Source: an uncultured Atribacterota bacterium | GTDB lineage: Bacteria > Atribacterota > Phoenicimicrobiia > Phoenicimicrobiales > Stramentimicrobiaceae | Length of the DNA stretch: 46,711 nt | Assembly (NCBI GenBank): GCA_964525625.1 | Contig: CAZGKY010000002.1 | Coordinates: 1-46,711 of the forward strand | Reading direction: 5' to 3' | Shown: piece by piece, positions 1 through 11,195 of the stretch | Position numbering within the stretch: the stretch's first letter is position 1 | Layout of the letters: each line of letters opens with the position of its first letter | Made by a program: the position numbers and the translations under genes | The notes under the pieces: model-generated | What the model was told of the DNA's origin: nothing | Database searches by the model: none | What the model saw: only the letters and a program-made list of their open reading frames with translations

Positions 1-162
1 AACAGATTTCCATTGTCAAAGAACAGATTTAGTGCAACTTTGGTTATGCATTACCAAATATTTTCATATGGAGTAATAGGTAAAAATTTATTGATATAAT
101 GTTTCCTTGATAATTGATAGATTTCATATTAACAAATAGATAAAATTAAATAGAGGATTTAT

Positions 163-1767
163 ATGACCAAATATATCTTTATTACAGGAGGAGTTGTTTC
201 CTCAATTGGGAAGGGCATTACTGCTGCTTCTATCGGTCGCATATTAAAAAGCAGGGGGTTTAGAGTCTCTATCCAAAAACATGATCCCTATCTTAATGTA
301 GATGCTGGTACTATGAGTCCTTTTCAACATGGGGAGGCTTTTGTTACCGAAGATGGGGCAGAAACTGATTTAGATTTAGGGCACTATGAAAGATTTATAG
401 ATGTCAATTTAACCAAAGATAATAGTGTCACAACCGGAAAAATTTACAATGCGGTTATTTCTAAGGAAAGAAGAGGTGATTTTTTAGGTAAAACTGTTCA
501 GATTATTCCCCATATTACTGATGAAATAAAAAATAGTATTAAACGACTGAATAAACCAGGACAGCCAACCCTGGATGTTATCATTGTGGAAATTGGAGGA
601 ACTATCGGAGATATTGAAGGACTCCCCTTTCTGGAAGCAATTAGACAATTTAGAAATGATATTGGTAAGGATAATGTTCTTTATGTACATGTTTCTTTCT
701 TCCCTTATTTAAAAGCTCCTAAAGAGATTAAATCCAAACCTACCCAACATAGTATTAAAGAATTACGCAGTATCGGTATCCAACCCGACTTGTTAATCTG
801 TCGAGCTCAATCCCGGTTAACCGAATCAGTAAAGGAAAAGATATCTTTATTCTGTGATATACCTAAAGAGGGCATTATAGAAACTAGAGATGTAAATTCT
901 ATTTACGAAGTACCCCTGGTATTAGAGGAACAGGGTTTGGGTAATTTGTTGGTACAGATGCTGCAATTACCAGAGAAAAAATCTGATTTAAAAGAATGGC
1001 GAGAAATGGTCAACCGCTTGTACCATCCCGAAAGAAAAGTAGCCATAGCTGTTATTGGTAAATATATTCGCTTAAAGGATGCCTATATGAGCATTAATGA
1101 AGCTCTAATTCACGCTGGTATTTTTCATAAATGCAAGATTGAAGTCAAAAGAATAGATGCTGATTTTTTAGTTAAAAGTGATGTTAAGAAGATTTTAAAA
1201 GATGTTCAAGGAATATTAATACCAGGTGGTTTTGGGGCAAGAGGAATAGAAGGGAAAATTCAAGCTGTGAAATATGCCCGGGAAAATAAGATACCATTTA
1301 TGGGTATCTGTTTAGGTATGCAATGTGCCATGATAGAGATTGCCAGAAATATATTAAATTTAGTTGAAGCTAATAGCACAGAATTTGACCAGAATACACC
1401 ATATCCAATTTTTAATATATTAGAAAGATTAAAAGACGTTACTATGAAGGGCGGCACCATGCGTCTGGGTAGCTATTCCTGTTATTTGACAAAGGGGACT
1501 CTTGCTTATAAAATTTATCAGAGGGAGAAGATACAGGAGAGACATCGCCATCGCTATGAATTTAATAATCAATTTTTGTCAAAATTTGAACAGGCTGGTA
1601 TAATATTTAGTGGTATTAATATGGAAAACAATTTAGTAGAGATGGTTGAATTGAATAATCATCCCTGGTTTCTGGGCGTACAATTTCATCCCGAGTTTAA
1701 ATCCAGACCAAATAGACCTCACCCTATCTTTATAAGCTTTCTTTCAGCAGCCCTGAAAAAGGAGTAG
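163..1767 (+). CDS. pyrG: CTP synthase
   Basis: 534 aa. N-terminal synthetase signature MTKYIFITGGVVSSIGKG. C-terminal glutamine amidotransferase motifs GICLGMQ and HRHRYE. Confidence 0.97.
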   Translation: MTKYIFITGGVVSSIGKGITAASIGRILKSRGFRVSIQKHDPYLNVDAGTMSPFQHGEAFVTEDGAETDLDLGHYERFIDVNLTKDNSVTTGKIYNAVISKERRGDFLGKTVQIIPHITDEIKNSIKRLNKPGQPTLDVIIVEIGGTIGDIEGLPFLEAIRQFRNDIGKDNVLYVHVSFFPYLKAPKEIKSKPTQHSIKELRSIGIQPDLLICRAQSRLTESVKEKISLFCDIPKEGIIETRDVNSIYEVPLVLEEQGLGNLLVQMLQLPEKKSDLKEWREMVNRLYHPERKVAIAVIGKYIRLKDAYMSINEALIHAGIFHKCKIEVKRIDADFLVKSDVKKILKDVQGILIPGGFGARGIEGKIQAVKYARENKIPFMGICLGMQCAMIEIARNILNLVEANSTEFDQNTPYPIFNILERLKDVTMKGGTMRLGSYSCYLTKGTLAYKIYQREKIQERHRHRYEFNNQFLSKFEQAGIIFSGINMENNLVEMVELNNHPWFLGVQFHPEFKSRPNRPHPIFISFLSAALKKE

Positions 1768-1819
1768 AATTGTAGTATTCAAAAAAAATTAATTTTCATT
1801 ACCTGGAGTGAGTTGATAA

Positions 1820-2590
1820 ATGAATGCTTTAATCCTGGCTGGTAAAAAAGATGCTGGTCAATTAGAGGAGAACAGTAATATAACCAACAAAGCTCTCTTG
1901 ATGATTAATGAAATTCCCATGGTGGAATATGTTGTAAATGCATTGTTAGAAGCCAAGCTGGTAGATGATATTGTTGTGGTTGGGCCTGAATATGACTTAA
2001 TACCCTTTATCGGGAAAAAAGTGAAAAAGATTCTTGATTCTACTGATTCCATTATTGAAAATATCAGAATTGGTCTGGAATATTTTTCTGATAAGAGTAA
2101 AATTTTGTTATTAACTTCAGATATACCTTTAATTTCTGGAGAGATAATTGATCGATTCATAAATAAGTGTGAACAATATGAAGCACATTTTTATTATCCC
2201 ATTATTTCTAAAGAAGCTATTATAAAAAAATATCCTGAAACTAAGCGTTCTTATGCCGTGTTAAAAGAAGGCACCTTTTGCGGAGGAAATATAGCCGTAT
2301 TTAGTAAACCTTTATTTGACAGGAATGAAAGGTTATTAAACGAACTTTATGTGAAGAGAAAAGATATCAAGAAATATGCTCGTCTATTGGGTATCAAAAT
2401 CTTAATAAAATATCTCTTGAAAACTTTAACCATAAAGGAAGTTGAAGAAAGGGCTTCACGAATAGCTGGCTATAAGGTGAAGGGTATTATCATTGATGAT
2501 CCTGAAGTTATGATTGATTTAGATAAGCTAAGCGATTATGAATTAATATTACAAACTATAAATCAAAAAAATACTACCAAATCATCCTGA
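1820..2590 (+). CDS. MobA-like NTP-transferase (nucleotidyltransferase) family protein, substrate unknown
   Basis: 256 aa. N-terminal LILAGKK...NKALL...P loop typical of GT-A/MobA-like nucleotidyltransferases. No specific orthologue recognised. Confidence 0.6.
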   Translation: MNALILAGKKDAGQLEENSNITNKALLMINEIPMVEYVVNALLEAKLVDDIVVVGPEYDLIPFIGKKVKKILDSTDSIIENIRIGLEYFSDKSKILLLTSDIPLISGEIIDRFINKCEQYEAHFYYPIISKEAIIKKYPETKRSYAVLKEGTFCGGNIAVFSKPLFDRNERLLNELYVKRKDIKKYARLLGIKILIKYLLKTLTIKEVEERASRIAGYKVKGIIIDDPEVMIDLDKLSDYELILQTINQKNTTKSS

Positions 2591-3452
2591 AGATGAGTGC
2601 AATATTTTCTTTCGTTTCCTTGATACGCTAATACAGAATATGCTCAACTTTAAGCTGTAAAAGTAATTTTATTTGGAGAAAAAAGCAAAGATATTATTGT
2701 TTTTTATAAAGGAAGTGGTATAATAAAATACAAAGTTTGACTACAAGGTTATTCTTCAAGTATTTTTCCCTCTAATTTTCTATTTTTTATGAAAAATATT
2801 TTTGTTTGGTAGATAATATTTTGAAAGAGAAAATAATACTCAGAGAATAAATTTGTCAATTAATTCTTTTATTTAAAACATTTAAGAAGAAATCATCTGC
2901 TCTAAGAGTGAAAATTGTTAGAAAAAGATAAAATTTTCTCAAGGGGAAGAAAGACGTGTGTTAATATTTCAAAGAAGCCTTTCTTAGTAGAGTACTTATT
3001 AATTAGAAGTATATCTTTCTAAAGATAGATAAGAAAGGGAATAGAGAAATTTAATTAAGAATTAATTAAAGGTAGTTTACTTTAACTATAAAAACACCTT
3101 CTTAATAGCTGATATTGGCTGAATGAATTGTGAATCTATTTTAAAAAAGAAATCTAATTTGAAAAAGAATAAAAAGCTACAGGACACTTTTCTAATTAAA
3201 CTCTAAAGTAAGGAAGTTGTAACACTAAGAAATATTATCGTTAAAGGTAGTTTAAGGGAAAAGAACAGAAAAAAAGCAAATAAAAAAGTCACACCTCTTT
3301 AAAAGATATGAAAAGTTACTTACTTGTCTGGTGCTATATGTAATTTGTTCTTAGTAAAAATGTATATAAAAAAAATAATGAATAGATATGGATTGATAAA
3401 GCAGGAAATATTATAAAACAAAAAGATTAAAAAACTTGAGGGGGTAGTAATT

Positions 3453-4706
3453 TTGGAATTAAATGAATTAAAAGAGATGAAAATAAGTGAACTATGTAAA
3501 ATTGCCAATGAGTTTGAAATCAATAATTGTACCAGGATGAAAAAGACAGATTTGATCTTTAATATTTTGAAGGCGCAAACTGAAAAACAGGGTTATATGT
3601 TTTCTGAAGGCATTCTAGATATCATGAAAGAAGGATTTGGTTTTTTAAGAACCAGCGGTTATTTACCGGGACCTAATGATGTTTATATCTCACCATCACA
3701 AATAAAGAGATTTAACTTAAGCAATGGAGACCTTGTTTCTGGTCAAGTTCGTTATCCCAAAGAAGGTGAAAGATACTTTGCCTTATTAAAGGTAGAAGCA
3801 GTTAATCACGAGGATCCAGAACTGTCTAAAGAACGTATTGATTTTGAGAACCTGACCCCACTCTTTCCTATGGAAAGATTTAAATTGGAAACCAAACCAT
3901 ATGAGTTATCTACCAGGGTAATTGATCTTTTTTCTCCTATAGGAAAGGGTCAACGGGGTTTAATAGTTTCTCCTCCCAAAGCCGGGAAAACAACGCTTCT
4001 GGAGAAGATTGCTAATGGCATTATTGCCAATCATCCCGAAACTATTTTGATGATACTATTAATTGATGAGAGACCCGAGGAAGTAACCAATATGAAACGT
4101 TCTGTAGCAAAGGCTGAAGTTATTAGCTCAACTTTCGATCAGCCAATTAACAACCATATCAAGATAGCAGAAATTGTTTTAGAAAGGGCTAAAAGATTAG
4201 TGGAACTAAAACATGATGTAGTTATTTTATTAGATAGTATAACCAGATTAGCCCGGGCTTATAACTTGAATATACCTACCAGTGGTAAAACCCTTTCGGG
4301 AGGACTTGATTCCACTGCTTTGTACTATCCGAAAAGGTTTTTTGGTGCCGCCCGAAATATTGAAGAAGGGGGAAGTTTGACCATTCTTGCGACAGCTCTG
4401 GTTGAGACGGGTAGTCGTATGGATGATGTCATATTTGAAGAGTTTAAAGGTACTGGTAATATGGAATTGCGTCTGGATCGGGAAATTTCTGACAGCCGCA
4501 TATTTCCTGCTATTGATATTAAACGTTCTGGAACTAGAAAAGAAGAATTGTTATTGGAAGCTGATGAATTAAGTAAAGTATGGTTAATGAGAAGGGCTTT
4601 ATCCAATCAGAGTACTATTGATGCTATCAGCTTACTATTAAATAGATTAAAGAAGACTAAAAATAATCATGATTTCTTAAATACCATTAAAGATGAAAAT
4701 CATTAA
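3453..4706 (+). CDS. rho: Transcription termination factor Rho
   Basis: 417 aa. TTG start 8 nt after GAGGGGG. Rho N-terminal domain ([19 protein letters not shown]), Walker [10 protein letters not shown]-terminal RecA-like ATPase motifs. Confidence 0.95.
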   Translation: MELNELKEMKISELCKIANEFEINNCTRMKKTDLIFNILKAQTEKQGYMFSEGILDIMKEGFGFLRTSGYLPGPNDVYISPSQIKRFNLSNGDLVSGQVRYPKEGERYFALLKVEAVNHEDPELSKERIDFENLTPLFPMERFKLETKPYELSTRVIDLFSPIGKGQRGLIVSPPKAGKTTLLEKIANGIIANHPETILMILLIDERPEEVTNMKRSVAKAEVISSTFDQPINNHIKIAEIVLERAKRLVELKHDVVILLDSITRLARAYNLNIPTSGKTLSGGLDSTALYYPKRFFGAARNIEEGGSLTILATALVETGSRMDDVIFEEFKGTGNMELRLDREISDSRIFPAIDIKRSGTRKEELLLEADELSKVWLMRRALSNQSTIDAISLLLNRLKKTKNNHDFLNTIKDENH

Positions 4707-4797
4707 ATTTAGTAATTTTTTTCTCATAAAAGTTTAATTAATAGTTGAAGATATTAAGATAAATTTAAGGAAAAGAATAGAAAACTATTCTATGCCT

Positions 4798-4826
4798 TTG
4801 ACGGTTAAAAATAATTATGCTATAAT
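4798..4826 (+). promoter_or_regulatory. Candidate strong sigma-70 promoter upstream of rpmE
   Basis: TTGACG (4798-4803), 17 nt spacer, TATAAT (4821-4826), with an extended -10 TG at 4818-4819. Implies a 5' UTR of about 140 nt. Confidence 0.55.
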
Positions 4827-4974
4827 TTCAAGGTTGTTAGTCTTGTTCTTGATAAATATTACCATACTAATATTAACTGTTTTTAGTCTAATTTATAATT
4901 ATGGGTATTTTACAGGGTAATGGACAGTATAATAATTATTAGGAATTTAATAACTAGTGGAAGGTGAAATAACA

Positions 4975-5217
4975 ATGAAAAAAGGAATTCATCCCAAATA
5001 TGGTCCAGCTAAAGTAATCTGTGCTTGTGGAAATAGCTTTGAAACCAAATCTACAAAAGAACTAATCAGGGTCGAGGTATGTTCTGCCTGCCACCCCTAC
5101 TTTACTGGTGAACAGAAAATATTTGATTCGGCAGGTAGAGTTGAGAAGTTTAACAGAAGATTTAATCTGGAGCAGAAATTTGAGGAAAGTGAAAAGAAGG
5201 AAGAAAAAGACGAATAA
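4975..5217 (+). CDS. rpmE: 50S ribosomal protein L31 (Zn-ribbon type)
   Basis: [10 protein letters not shown]-terminus. Cys pairs CAC...CSAC. I prefer ATG 4975 (GGAAGGTGA upstream) over the GTG 4957 start in the ORF track. Confidence 0.92.
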   Translation: MKKGIHPKYGPAKVICACGNSFETKSTKELIRVEVCSACHPYFTGEQKIFDSAGRVEKFNRRFNLEQKFEESEKKEEKDE

Positions 5218-5278
5218 ATCATTATTTATTTGATAATGGATAAGTAATATTTTACAATGATATAGAGAGAAAATAAAA

Positions 5279-5303
5279 AACAGGGCAAAGGCTCTGTTTT
5301 TTA
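5279..5303 (+). terminator. Intrinsic terminator after rpmE
   Basis: ACAGGGC-AAAG-GCTCTGT forms a 7-bp stem (one G-U) followed by TTTTTT. An A-run sits upstream. Confidence 0.75.
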
Positions 5304-5431
5304 TTATTAAGTTTTTATTTAACTATTATGCACCTTCTTGAAAGTAGTTAATAGTTCATAAGTAGTTCATAAAGCCACCCGCTTACTGGGTGTGCTATTT
5401 ACAGAGAGATGAGAATAAGGGAGGAAGGCAG

Positions 5432-6025
5432 ATGCAGGAAACCTGTTCTGGTGGTAGTATAGAAGTGATTTGTGGAAGTATGTTTAGTGGAAAGAGTGAA
5501 GAATTAATCAGGAGAGTGCGCCGTGTTCAGATTGCCCGTAAAAAAGTTCAGATATTTAAACCTTTAATAGATAATCGTTATCATATACAATATATCTATT
5601 CCCATAATGGTAGTAAAGTAGAAGCTACCTGCGTGGAGAAGGCAGCAGAGATTCTTAAGAAAGTTAAGCTTGATACAGAGGTTGTAGCTATTGATGAAAC
5701 ACAATTTTTTGACCAGGCTATTGTAAAGGTATGTCAGATGTTAGCTGATCAGGGCAAAAGGGTAATTATAGCTGGACTTGACCAGGACTTTAGAGGAGAG
5801 CCTTTTGGCCCCATGCCCAATTTGCTGGCTATTGCTGAATATGTTGATAAACTACATGCAATTTGTATGGTATGCGGTAAATCAGCCACCAGAACTCAGA
5901 GACTGGTCAATGGTAAACCAGCAGATTATCATGATCCAACTATCCTGATAGGAGCCCAGGAAAGCTATGAGGCTAGATGTCGAAAACATCATGAGGTGTT
6001 AAATAAACCAATAAAGAGAGGTTAA
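5432..6025 (+). CDS. tdk: Thymidine kinase
   Basis: P-loop [11 protein letters not shown] and C-terminal Zn motif CMVCG...RCRKHH. ATG 5432 preceded by GGGAGGA is preferred over the upstream start at 5390. Confidence 0.92.
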   Translation: MQETCSGGSIEVICGSMFSGKSEELIRRVRRVQIARKKVQIFKPLIDNRYHIQYIYSHNGSKVEATCVEKAAEILKKVKLDTEVVAIDETQFFDQAIVKVCQMLADQGKRVIIAGLDQDFRGEPFGPMPNLLAIAEYVDKLHAICMVCGKSATRTQRLVNGKPADYHDPTILIGAQESYEARCRKHHEVLNKPIKRG

Positions 6026-6046
6026 ATATTAGAAGGAAACAATAGT

Positions 6047-6730
6047 ATGAAAGTTCAGCTACTAAGTTATACCAAAAATCCTGAACAGACCATAGCCCTA
6101 GCTGCTAAATTGTGTTATTCTACCAAATCAATTGATCAAATAATAAATTCGTTAGATAGTGAGCAATCTAAGAGGATAATAAAAAAAATAATCAGATTAG
6201 GGCATTATTCTGTTTTAGAGCATGCCTCTTTTACCTTTGGAATTGAGAATATTTCTAGAGTTACTTCACATCAATTGGTACGACACCGCATAGCATCTTA
6301 TGCTCAAAAGAGTCAGCGCTATACCAGAATTGATCCCAAAGAGAATTGTGTTATTCCAAAAGACATTGCCCATGATCAAGATTTTGGACAAAAATTCCAA
6401 AATCTTTCTGCTCAAAGCACAGCTTTTTATTTAGAAATGCTGAAAAAAGGTATCTCTCCTGAAGATGCCCGTTATATTCTACCACAAGCTATTACCACTA
6501 ATATTATTTTTACTGCAAATGCGAGAGAGTTAATACATTTTTTTCGATTAAGATGCTGTAATCGAGCACAATGGGAGATAAGAGAATTAGCTCTCAAGAT
6601 GTTAGAGATAGCAAAGGACATTGCTCCAAATATATTTGCTATTGCCGGACCACCCTGTTTAAACGGTCCTTGCCCGGAAGGGGAAATGTCCTGTGGTAAA
6701 CCCTGGAGCAAAGTAAAGGAAGAGGATTAA
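6047..6730 (+). CDS. thyX: Flavin-dependent thymidylate synthase
   Basis: 227 aa with the ThyX motif RHRIASYAQKSQRY. Confidence 0.93.
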   Translation: MKVQLLSYTKNPEQTIALAAKLCYSTKSIDQIINSLDSEQSKRIIKKIIRLGHYSVLEHASFTFGIENISRVTSHQLVRHRIASYAQKSQRYTRIDPKENCVIPKDIAHDQDFGQKFQNLSAQSTAFYLEMLKKGISPEDARYILPQAITTNIIFTANARELIHFFRLRCCNRAQWEIRELALKMLEIAKDIAPNIFAIAGPPCLNGPCPEGEMSCGKPWSKVKEED

Positions 6731-6780
6731 AGGTAATAAGAAAAAATTCGTTGATGAAGTTTGGAAAGTAGTGTGAGGAT

Positions 6781-7809
6781 ATGTTTAAAAAGTTAGAAGA
6801 TATTGAAAAAGAATATCATAATCTAAATGAACAATTATCTCGACCGGAAATAATTGCGCATCAGGAGCAGTTTCAAAAATTGGCTAAAAGGCATAGTGAA
6901 ATTGCCCGTATAGCTCAGCTGTATATGGAGTATAAGGAGATAGAGAAAGAGATTCAAAATAATGAGCAATTAAAAAAAGAGGAGTATGATCCGGAATTAA
7001 AAGAATTAATTACTGAAGAAATTGAATTACTGAAGCAAAAGAAAGATAAGATAAAAGATTCTTTACAGGAATTATTAAATCCAGAGGATCCCAGAAATAA
7101 GAAAAACATAATTGTGGAGATTAGAGCTGGTGCTGGAGGAGAAGAAGCAGCACTTTTTGTTAGTGATTTATTTCGAATGTATTCTCGATTTGCCGAAAGA
7201 AATCATTGGAAAGTAGAGGTTATGAATTCCAATCCCACGGAAATAGGGGGATTTAAAGAAATCATCTTTGGTATTTCAGGTAAGAATGTCTATGGTAAAT
7301 TAAAACAGGAGAGTGGGGTACATAGGGTGCAGAGAATTCCCATTACTGAATCGGGAGGTAGAATACATACCTCAACTGTTACGGTGGCTATTTTACCGGA
7401 AGCTGAGGAGATTGAAATGGAGATCAACCCCAACGATCTGAAGATTGATCGTTTTCGTTCTACTGGTCCTGGAGGGCAGAGTGTTAACACTACTGATTCA
7501 GCTGTTAGAATTACCCATCTTCCTACTGGGATTGTAGTAACCTGTCAGGACGAGAAATCTCAGCATAAGAATAAAGAAAAGGCGTTAAAGATATTGAGAG
7601 CAAGATTATTAGATCGTTTACAAGCTGAACAACATAAAGAAATTGAGCAACAGAGAAGAAAACAGGTAGGAACTGGAGATCGAAGCGAGCGCATCAGAAC
7701 TTATAATTTTCCACAAAATCGAGTCACCGATCATCGTATAAATGTAAATTTTTATAATTTAGAAGATATATTAGATGGAAACTTGTTTGATATTATTAAA
7801 CACTTTTAG
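6781..7809 (+). CDS. prfA: Peptide chain release factor 1
   Basis: GGQ motif (GPGGQSVNT). PxT-type anticodon motif (RIPITES), which indicates RF1 rather than RF2. Confidence 0.95.
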   Translation: MFKKLEDIEKEYHNLNEQLSRPEIIAHQEQFQKLAKRHSEIARIAQLYMEYKEIEKEIQNNEQLKKEEYDPELKELITEEIELLKQKKDKIKDSLQELLNPEDPRNKKNIIVEIRAGAGGEEAALFVSDLFRMYSRFAERNHWKVEVMNSNPTEIGGFKEIIFGISGKNVYGKLKQESGVHRVQRIPITESGGRIHTSTVTVAILPEAEEIEMEINPNDLKIDRFRSTGPGGQSVNTTDSAVRITHLPTGIVVTCQDEKSQHKNKEKALKILRARLLDRLQAEQHKEIEQQRRKQVGTGDRSERIRTYNFPQNRVTDHRINVNFYNLEDILDGNLFDIIKHF

Positions 7810-7860
7810 TATTACACAAAAAAGATTAATCCTTAGAATTTTCTTTGGGTAATAATTTCC

Positions 7861-8805
7861 ATGACTGATTATTTGTTTTCTAATAAGGAAAAACAGGAAA
7901 ATGAACAGTGTATCGGAGACCTTCTTGCTAAAGGTAAATTGATTTTAGATAGAAGTGGTAATAGTAGAGCTGAGCAGGAATCAGCTTTATTGCTCAGTTA
8001 TTTATTAGATAAAGAAAGAAGTTATTTGTATTTAAATAGACATTTACCAATTCCCAAGACCAAAGTAAAGCTATATTACCAGTGGATTATAAAAAGAAGC
8101 AAAGATATGCCAATCCAATATATTACTGGCTTTCAGAACTTTATGGGATTAGAGTTTGCTGTTTCAGAAGGAGTTTTTATCCCGCGAGCAGAAACAGAGA
8201 TATTAGTAGAAAAAGTTATACAATTGATTGAGATGGTACCAGAGACAAAGCAATTATCTTTATTAGATATAGGAGTTGGATGTGGAGTTATACCGATTAC
8301 TATCTGCTATTATTTTAAAAAAAGGGGGAAAGGTATAAATTTCCATGCTGTTGACCTTTCCGCAGAAGCCCTGGCCTTAGCTGCTAAGAATGCCCAGCGC
8401 TTTCAATGTGAAAAAAATATTCATTTTTATTGTGGGAATCTCTTTCAGCCTCTCCGAAAAATTCAGCATTCTTTAAACTTTGAGGGCATCATCTCTAATC
8501 CACCTTATTTGAGCCGAAGAGATTGGGAAAACTTACCTGTAGAAATACGTCATTTTGAACCAGCCATGGCATTCTTAGCCGGAGAAAGAGGTCTGGATTT
8601 CTATGAAAAAATAATAGCTCAATCTCCTCAATACCTTAAACCTGGCGGTTTTTTGGCTTTGGAGATTGGTCATCAACAAAAAGATGCCCTTTACCAGATA
8701 ATTCATAGTAACCAGAATTACCAAAGAAAAATCTGTGTCCTTCCGGACTATTACCAAAACGACCGGGTAATTATAGCTTTTAAAAATGATCAGAAGACAA
8801 AATGA
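7861..8805 (+). CDS. prmC: Release factor glutamine N5-methyltransferase
   Basis: NPPY motif (SNPPYLS), SAM-binding DIGVGCG, position immediately after prfA. Confidence 0.9.
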   Translation: MTDYLFSNKEKQENEQCIGDLLAKGKLILDRSGNSRAEQESALLLSYLLDKERSYLYLNRHLPIPKTKVKLYYQWIIKRSKDMPIQYITGFQNFMGLEFAVSEGVFIPRAETEILVEKVIQLIEMVPETKQLSLLDIGVGCGVIPITICYYFKKRGKGINFHAVDLSAEALALAAKNAQRFQCEKNIHFYCGNLFQPLRKIQHSLNFEGIISNPPYLSRRDWENLPVEIRHFEPAMAFLAGERGLDFYEKIIAQSPQYLKPGGFLALEIGHQQKDALYQIIHSNQNYQRKICVLPDYYQNDRVIIAFKNDQKTK

Positions 8806-9311
8806 GGAAGAAGTTGGAAAAGAAAAGTATTTTATTTGTATGTACTGGTAACACCTGCCGTAGTGTAATGGCTCAAGCCTTATTTCAGCAGTTAAAGGAG
8901 GACCTGTTCCCGGAATTGGACTATCACCCAGATTCTGCTGGTATTGCTGTTAGTGATACTTTATCCCCAAGTAAAGAAGCTGTTTTTTGTTTAGCTAAAC
9001 ATGGAATAGACATTACCACTCATAAAGCCCGAATGGTTAACCCTAAGATCATTAAAAAATCTTCTCTTATTCTGGCTATGACTCATCAACAGTTAAGTTA
9101 TCTGAAAAGTCATTTTCCCTGGGCCAATCATAAAATACATCTTTTCAGGCCCTTTTGTCACCAAAAAAAATACCTGAAGGACGATGAAATTGAAGACCCC
9201 TATGGCAAGGGAATAATCTATTATGAAAATATTTATAAAAAATTGAAACAGGATATTAAAAAACTATTATCTCATTTAAGAGAGGAGCTTAAAGATGAAC
9301 CAAGTAACTAA
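8802..9311 (+). CDS. Low-molecular-weight protein phosphatase (YwlE-like Tyr/Arg phosphatase)
   Basis: CX5R(S) active site ILFVCTGNTCRSVMA and a DP loop (IEDPYG). ATGA overlap with prmC. Same position as ywlE in Bacillus-type synteny. Confidence 0.85.
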   Translation: MRKKLEKKSILFVCTGNTCRSVMAQALFQQLKEDLFPELDYHPDSAGIAVSDTLSPSKEAVFCLAKHGIDITTHKARMVNPKIIKKSSLILAMTHQQLSYLKSHFPWANHKIHLFRPFCHQKKYLKDDEIEDPYGKGIIYYENIYKKLKQDIKKLLSHLREELKDEPSN

Positions 9312-9753
9312 AATTGCTATTGGCAGTGATCATGGGGGGTATGAATTAAAGAATGTCATTATCAATTATCTTAAGGAAAGGTTGTATATCTACAAAGATT
9401 TTGGCTGCTTTGATTCCCAACCCGTACATTATCCTGATTATGCCTTAAAAGTAGGAAAGGCCATTGTGAATGAGGAGTATCAATTAGGTATCCTTATCTG
9501 TGGTACTGGTATTGGCATGTCTATTGCTGCTAATAAGATAAAGGGCATCAGGGCTGCTCTATGTCATGACACTTTCTCGGCTCGTATGGCCAAAGAGCAT
9601 AATAATGCTAATGTTTTGACCATGGGTGGAAGGGTAATTGGTCGAGGTTTGGCTTTAGAAATACTACAAGTATGGTTAGGGACTGAATTTAGCCAAGAAA
9701 GCCGTCATATAATTAGACTGAAAAAAGTAGAAGATATTTATGAGCAATATTGA
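9295..9753 (+). CDS. rpiB: Ribose-5-phosphate isomerase B
   Basis: 152 aa with RpiB/LacAB signature IAIGSDHGGYELK...CGTGIGMSIAANK. Confidence 0.9.
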   Translation: MNQVTKIAIGSDHGGYELKNVIINYLKERLYIYKDFGCFDSQPVHYPDYALKVGKAIVNEEYQLGILICGTGIGMSIAANKIKGIRAALCHDTFSARMAKEHNNANVLTMGGRVIGRGLALEILQVWLGTEFSQESRHIIRLKKVEDIYEQY

Positions 9754-9836
9754 ATTAGTGCTATCAGAAATAATATGGTAGGATTTAAGAAGGATAGTTA
9801 TAATAAATAAAATAAACAAAACCAGGAGGTTGTATT

Positions 9837-10466
9837 TTGAAAGAAGTAGTAGTATTGGATCATCCCTTAATTCAGCATAAACTGACTTTGATTAGAAATA
9901 AACGTACAGAAGTAAAAGACTTTCGGGAAATTGTAGAAGAATTGTCCAATTTGATGGCTTATGAAGTAACCAGAGATATTCCCCTAAAGGATATTAAAAT
10001 TGAAACACCTATAGCAAAAACTACCGGTAAAATCATCGCCGGGAAGAAAATGGCTGTTGTAGCAATATTGCGAGCGGGCTTGGGGATGGTGGGGGGAATA
10101 TTACGATTAATACCTTCTGCTAAAGTAGGACATGTGGGGATATATCGCGATCCTGATACACTCAAGCCAGTCAGTTATTATGCTAAATTACCTCAGGATA
10201 TTAATAAAAGAGATGTTATTGTTGTTGACCCTATGTTAGCAACTGGGGGGACAGCAGTAGCAACTATTGAATATATTAGAAGATTTACTAAATCCAATAT
10301 TAAGTTTATGTGTCTGGTTGCTGCCCCGGAAGGTATAAAAATGCTTAGGAAACATTATAAAGATGTGGTTATTTATACCGCTACTGTTGATGAGGGTTTG
10401 AATGAACATGCTTATATTGTACCTGGATTAGGAGATGCCGGAGACCGTTTATTTGGTACCAAATAA
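9837..10466 (+). CDS. upp: Uracil phosphoribosyltransferase
   Basis: 209 aa. TTG start 7 nt after AGGAGG. PRPP-binding [13 protein letters not shown] and C-terminal [16 protein letters not shown]. Confidence 0.95.
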   Translation: MKEVVVLDHPLIQHKLTLIRNKRTEVKDFREIVEELSNLMAYEVTRDIPLKDIKIETPIAKTTGKIIAGKKMAVVAILRAGLGMVGGILRLIPSAKVGHVGIYRDPDTLKPVSYYAKLPQDINKRDVIVVDPMLATGGTAVATIEYIRRFTKSNIKFMCLVAAPEGIKMLRKHYKDVVIYTATVDEGLNEHAYIVPGLGDAGDRLFGTK

Positions 10467-10573
10467 TTTGTTAGCTATTTGTTTAGTGCAAGTAACAAAT
10501 AATAAATATAAATGAAGAGTGATGAATAAGTAGAAAAAGAAGGAAATAAAATATTATTTTTTATTTAAAAGTT

Positions 10574-10611
10574 AAAAATCCAAAACTAAAAACTTTTAAT
10601 CAAGAAAAAAA
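10574..10611 (+). repeat. Weak heptanucleotide tract (AAYYAAA)
   Basis: aatccaa aactaaa aactttt aatcaag aaaaaaa. More degenerate than the other tracts. TTACCA-type repeats follow at 10615-10660. Confidence 0.35.
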
Positions 10612-10748
10612 TTATTTACCACTCATTACCAATTATGATGTTAAAATACCAATAAATAACAATAATTAAGAACTAGGGAGATAAATGATATACAAGATAT
10701 ACTATAAATATTGACATATTTAGAAAATAAACCTATCAGGAGGATAAT

Positions 10749-11195
10749 ATGTCTCGCCCCTCATGGGATAAATATTTTATGCAGATTGCTGTATTGGTCT
10801 CTAGTAGGTCAACCTGTTTAAGGAGAAAGGTAGGGGCTATCATCGTAAAGGATAAACGGATATTGACTACCGGTTATAATGGAGTTCCCCGCTCCTTAGT
10901 CCATTGCGAGGAAGTGGGTTGTTTACGCACAAAAATGGGAATCCCCTCGGGAAAAAATCAAGAACTATGTAGAGGATTGCATGCCGAACAGAATGCCATT
11001 ATTCAAGCTGCTTTGCATGGAATAAGTATTCAGAATAGCCTTCTTTATTGTACCGAACAACCTTGTATTACCTGTGCCAAGATGATTATTAATGCCGGTA
11101 TTATTAAAGTTTTTTATCTTAAAAGTTATCCTGATAAATTAGCCCGAGAAATTCTCAAAGAAGCAAGGGTAGAAGAGGTACATTATGCAGAGTAG
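10749..11195 (+). CDS. dCMP deaminase (ComEB family)
   Basis: Cytidine/deoxycytidylate deaminase zinc motifs HAEQNAI and PCITCAKM. Confidence 0.88.
   Translation: MSRPSWDKYFMQIAVLVSSRSTCLRRKVGAIIVKDKRILTTGYNGVPRSLVHCEEVGCLRTKMGIPSGKNQELCRGLHAEQNAIIQAALHGISIQNSLLYCTEQPCITCAKMIINAGIIKVFYLKSYPDKLAREILKEARVEEVHYAE

Noticed and set aside
3320-3523. 67-aa - strand ORF overlapping the rho start
   Set aside because: It has low-complexity hydrophobic composition, overlaps the rho RBS and start, and has no motif. Most likely spurious.
4957-5431. Longer N-terminal extensions given by the ORF track for rpmE (4957), tdk (5390) and pilC (45106)
   Set aside because: Internal ATG codons (4975, 5432, 45118) have properly spaced Shine-Dalgarno sequences and give canonical N-termini (MKKGIHPKY; [22 protein letters not shown]; MPTFAYRARD). 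The upstream alternative starts lack or overlap the SD.
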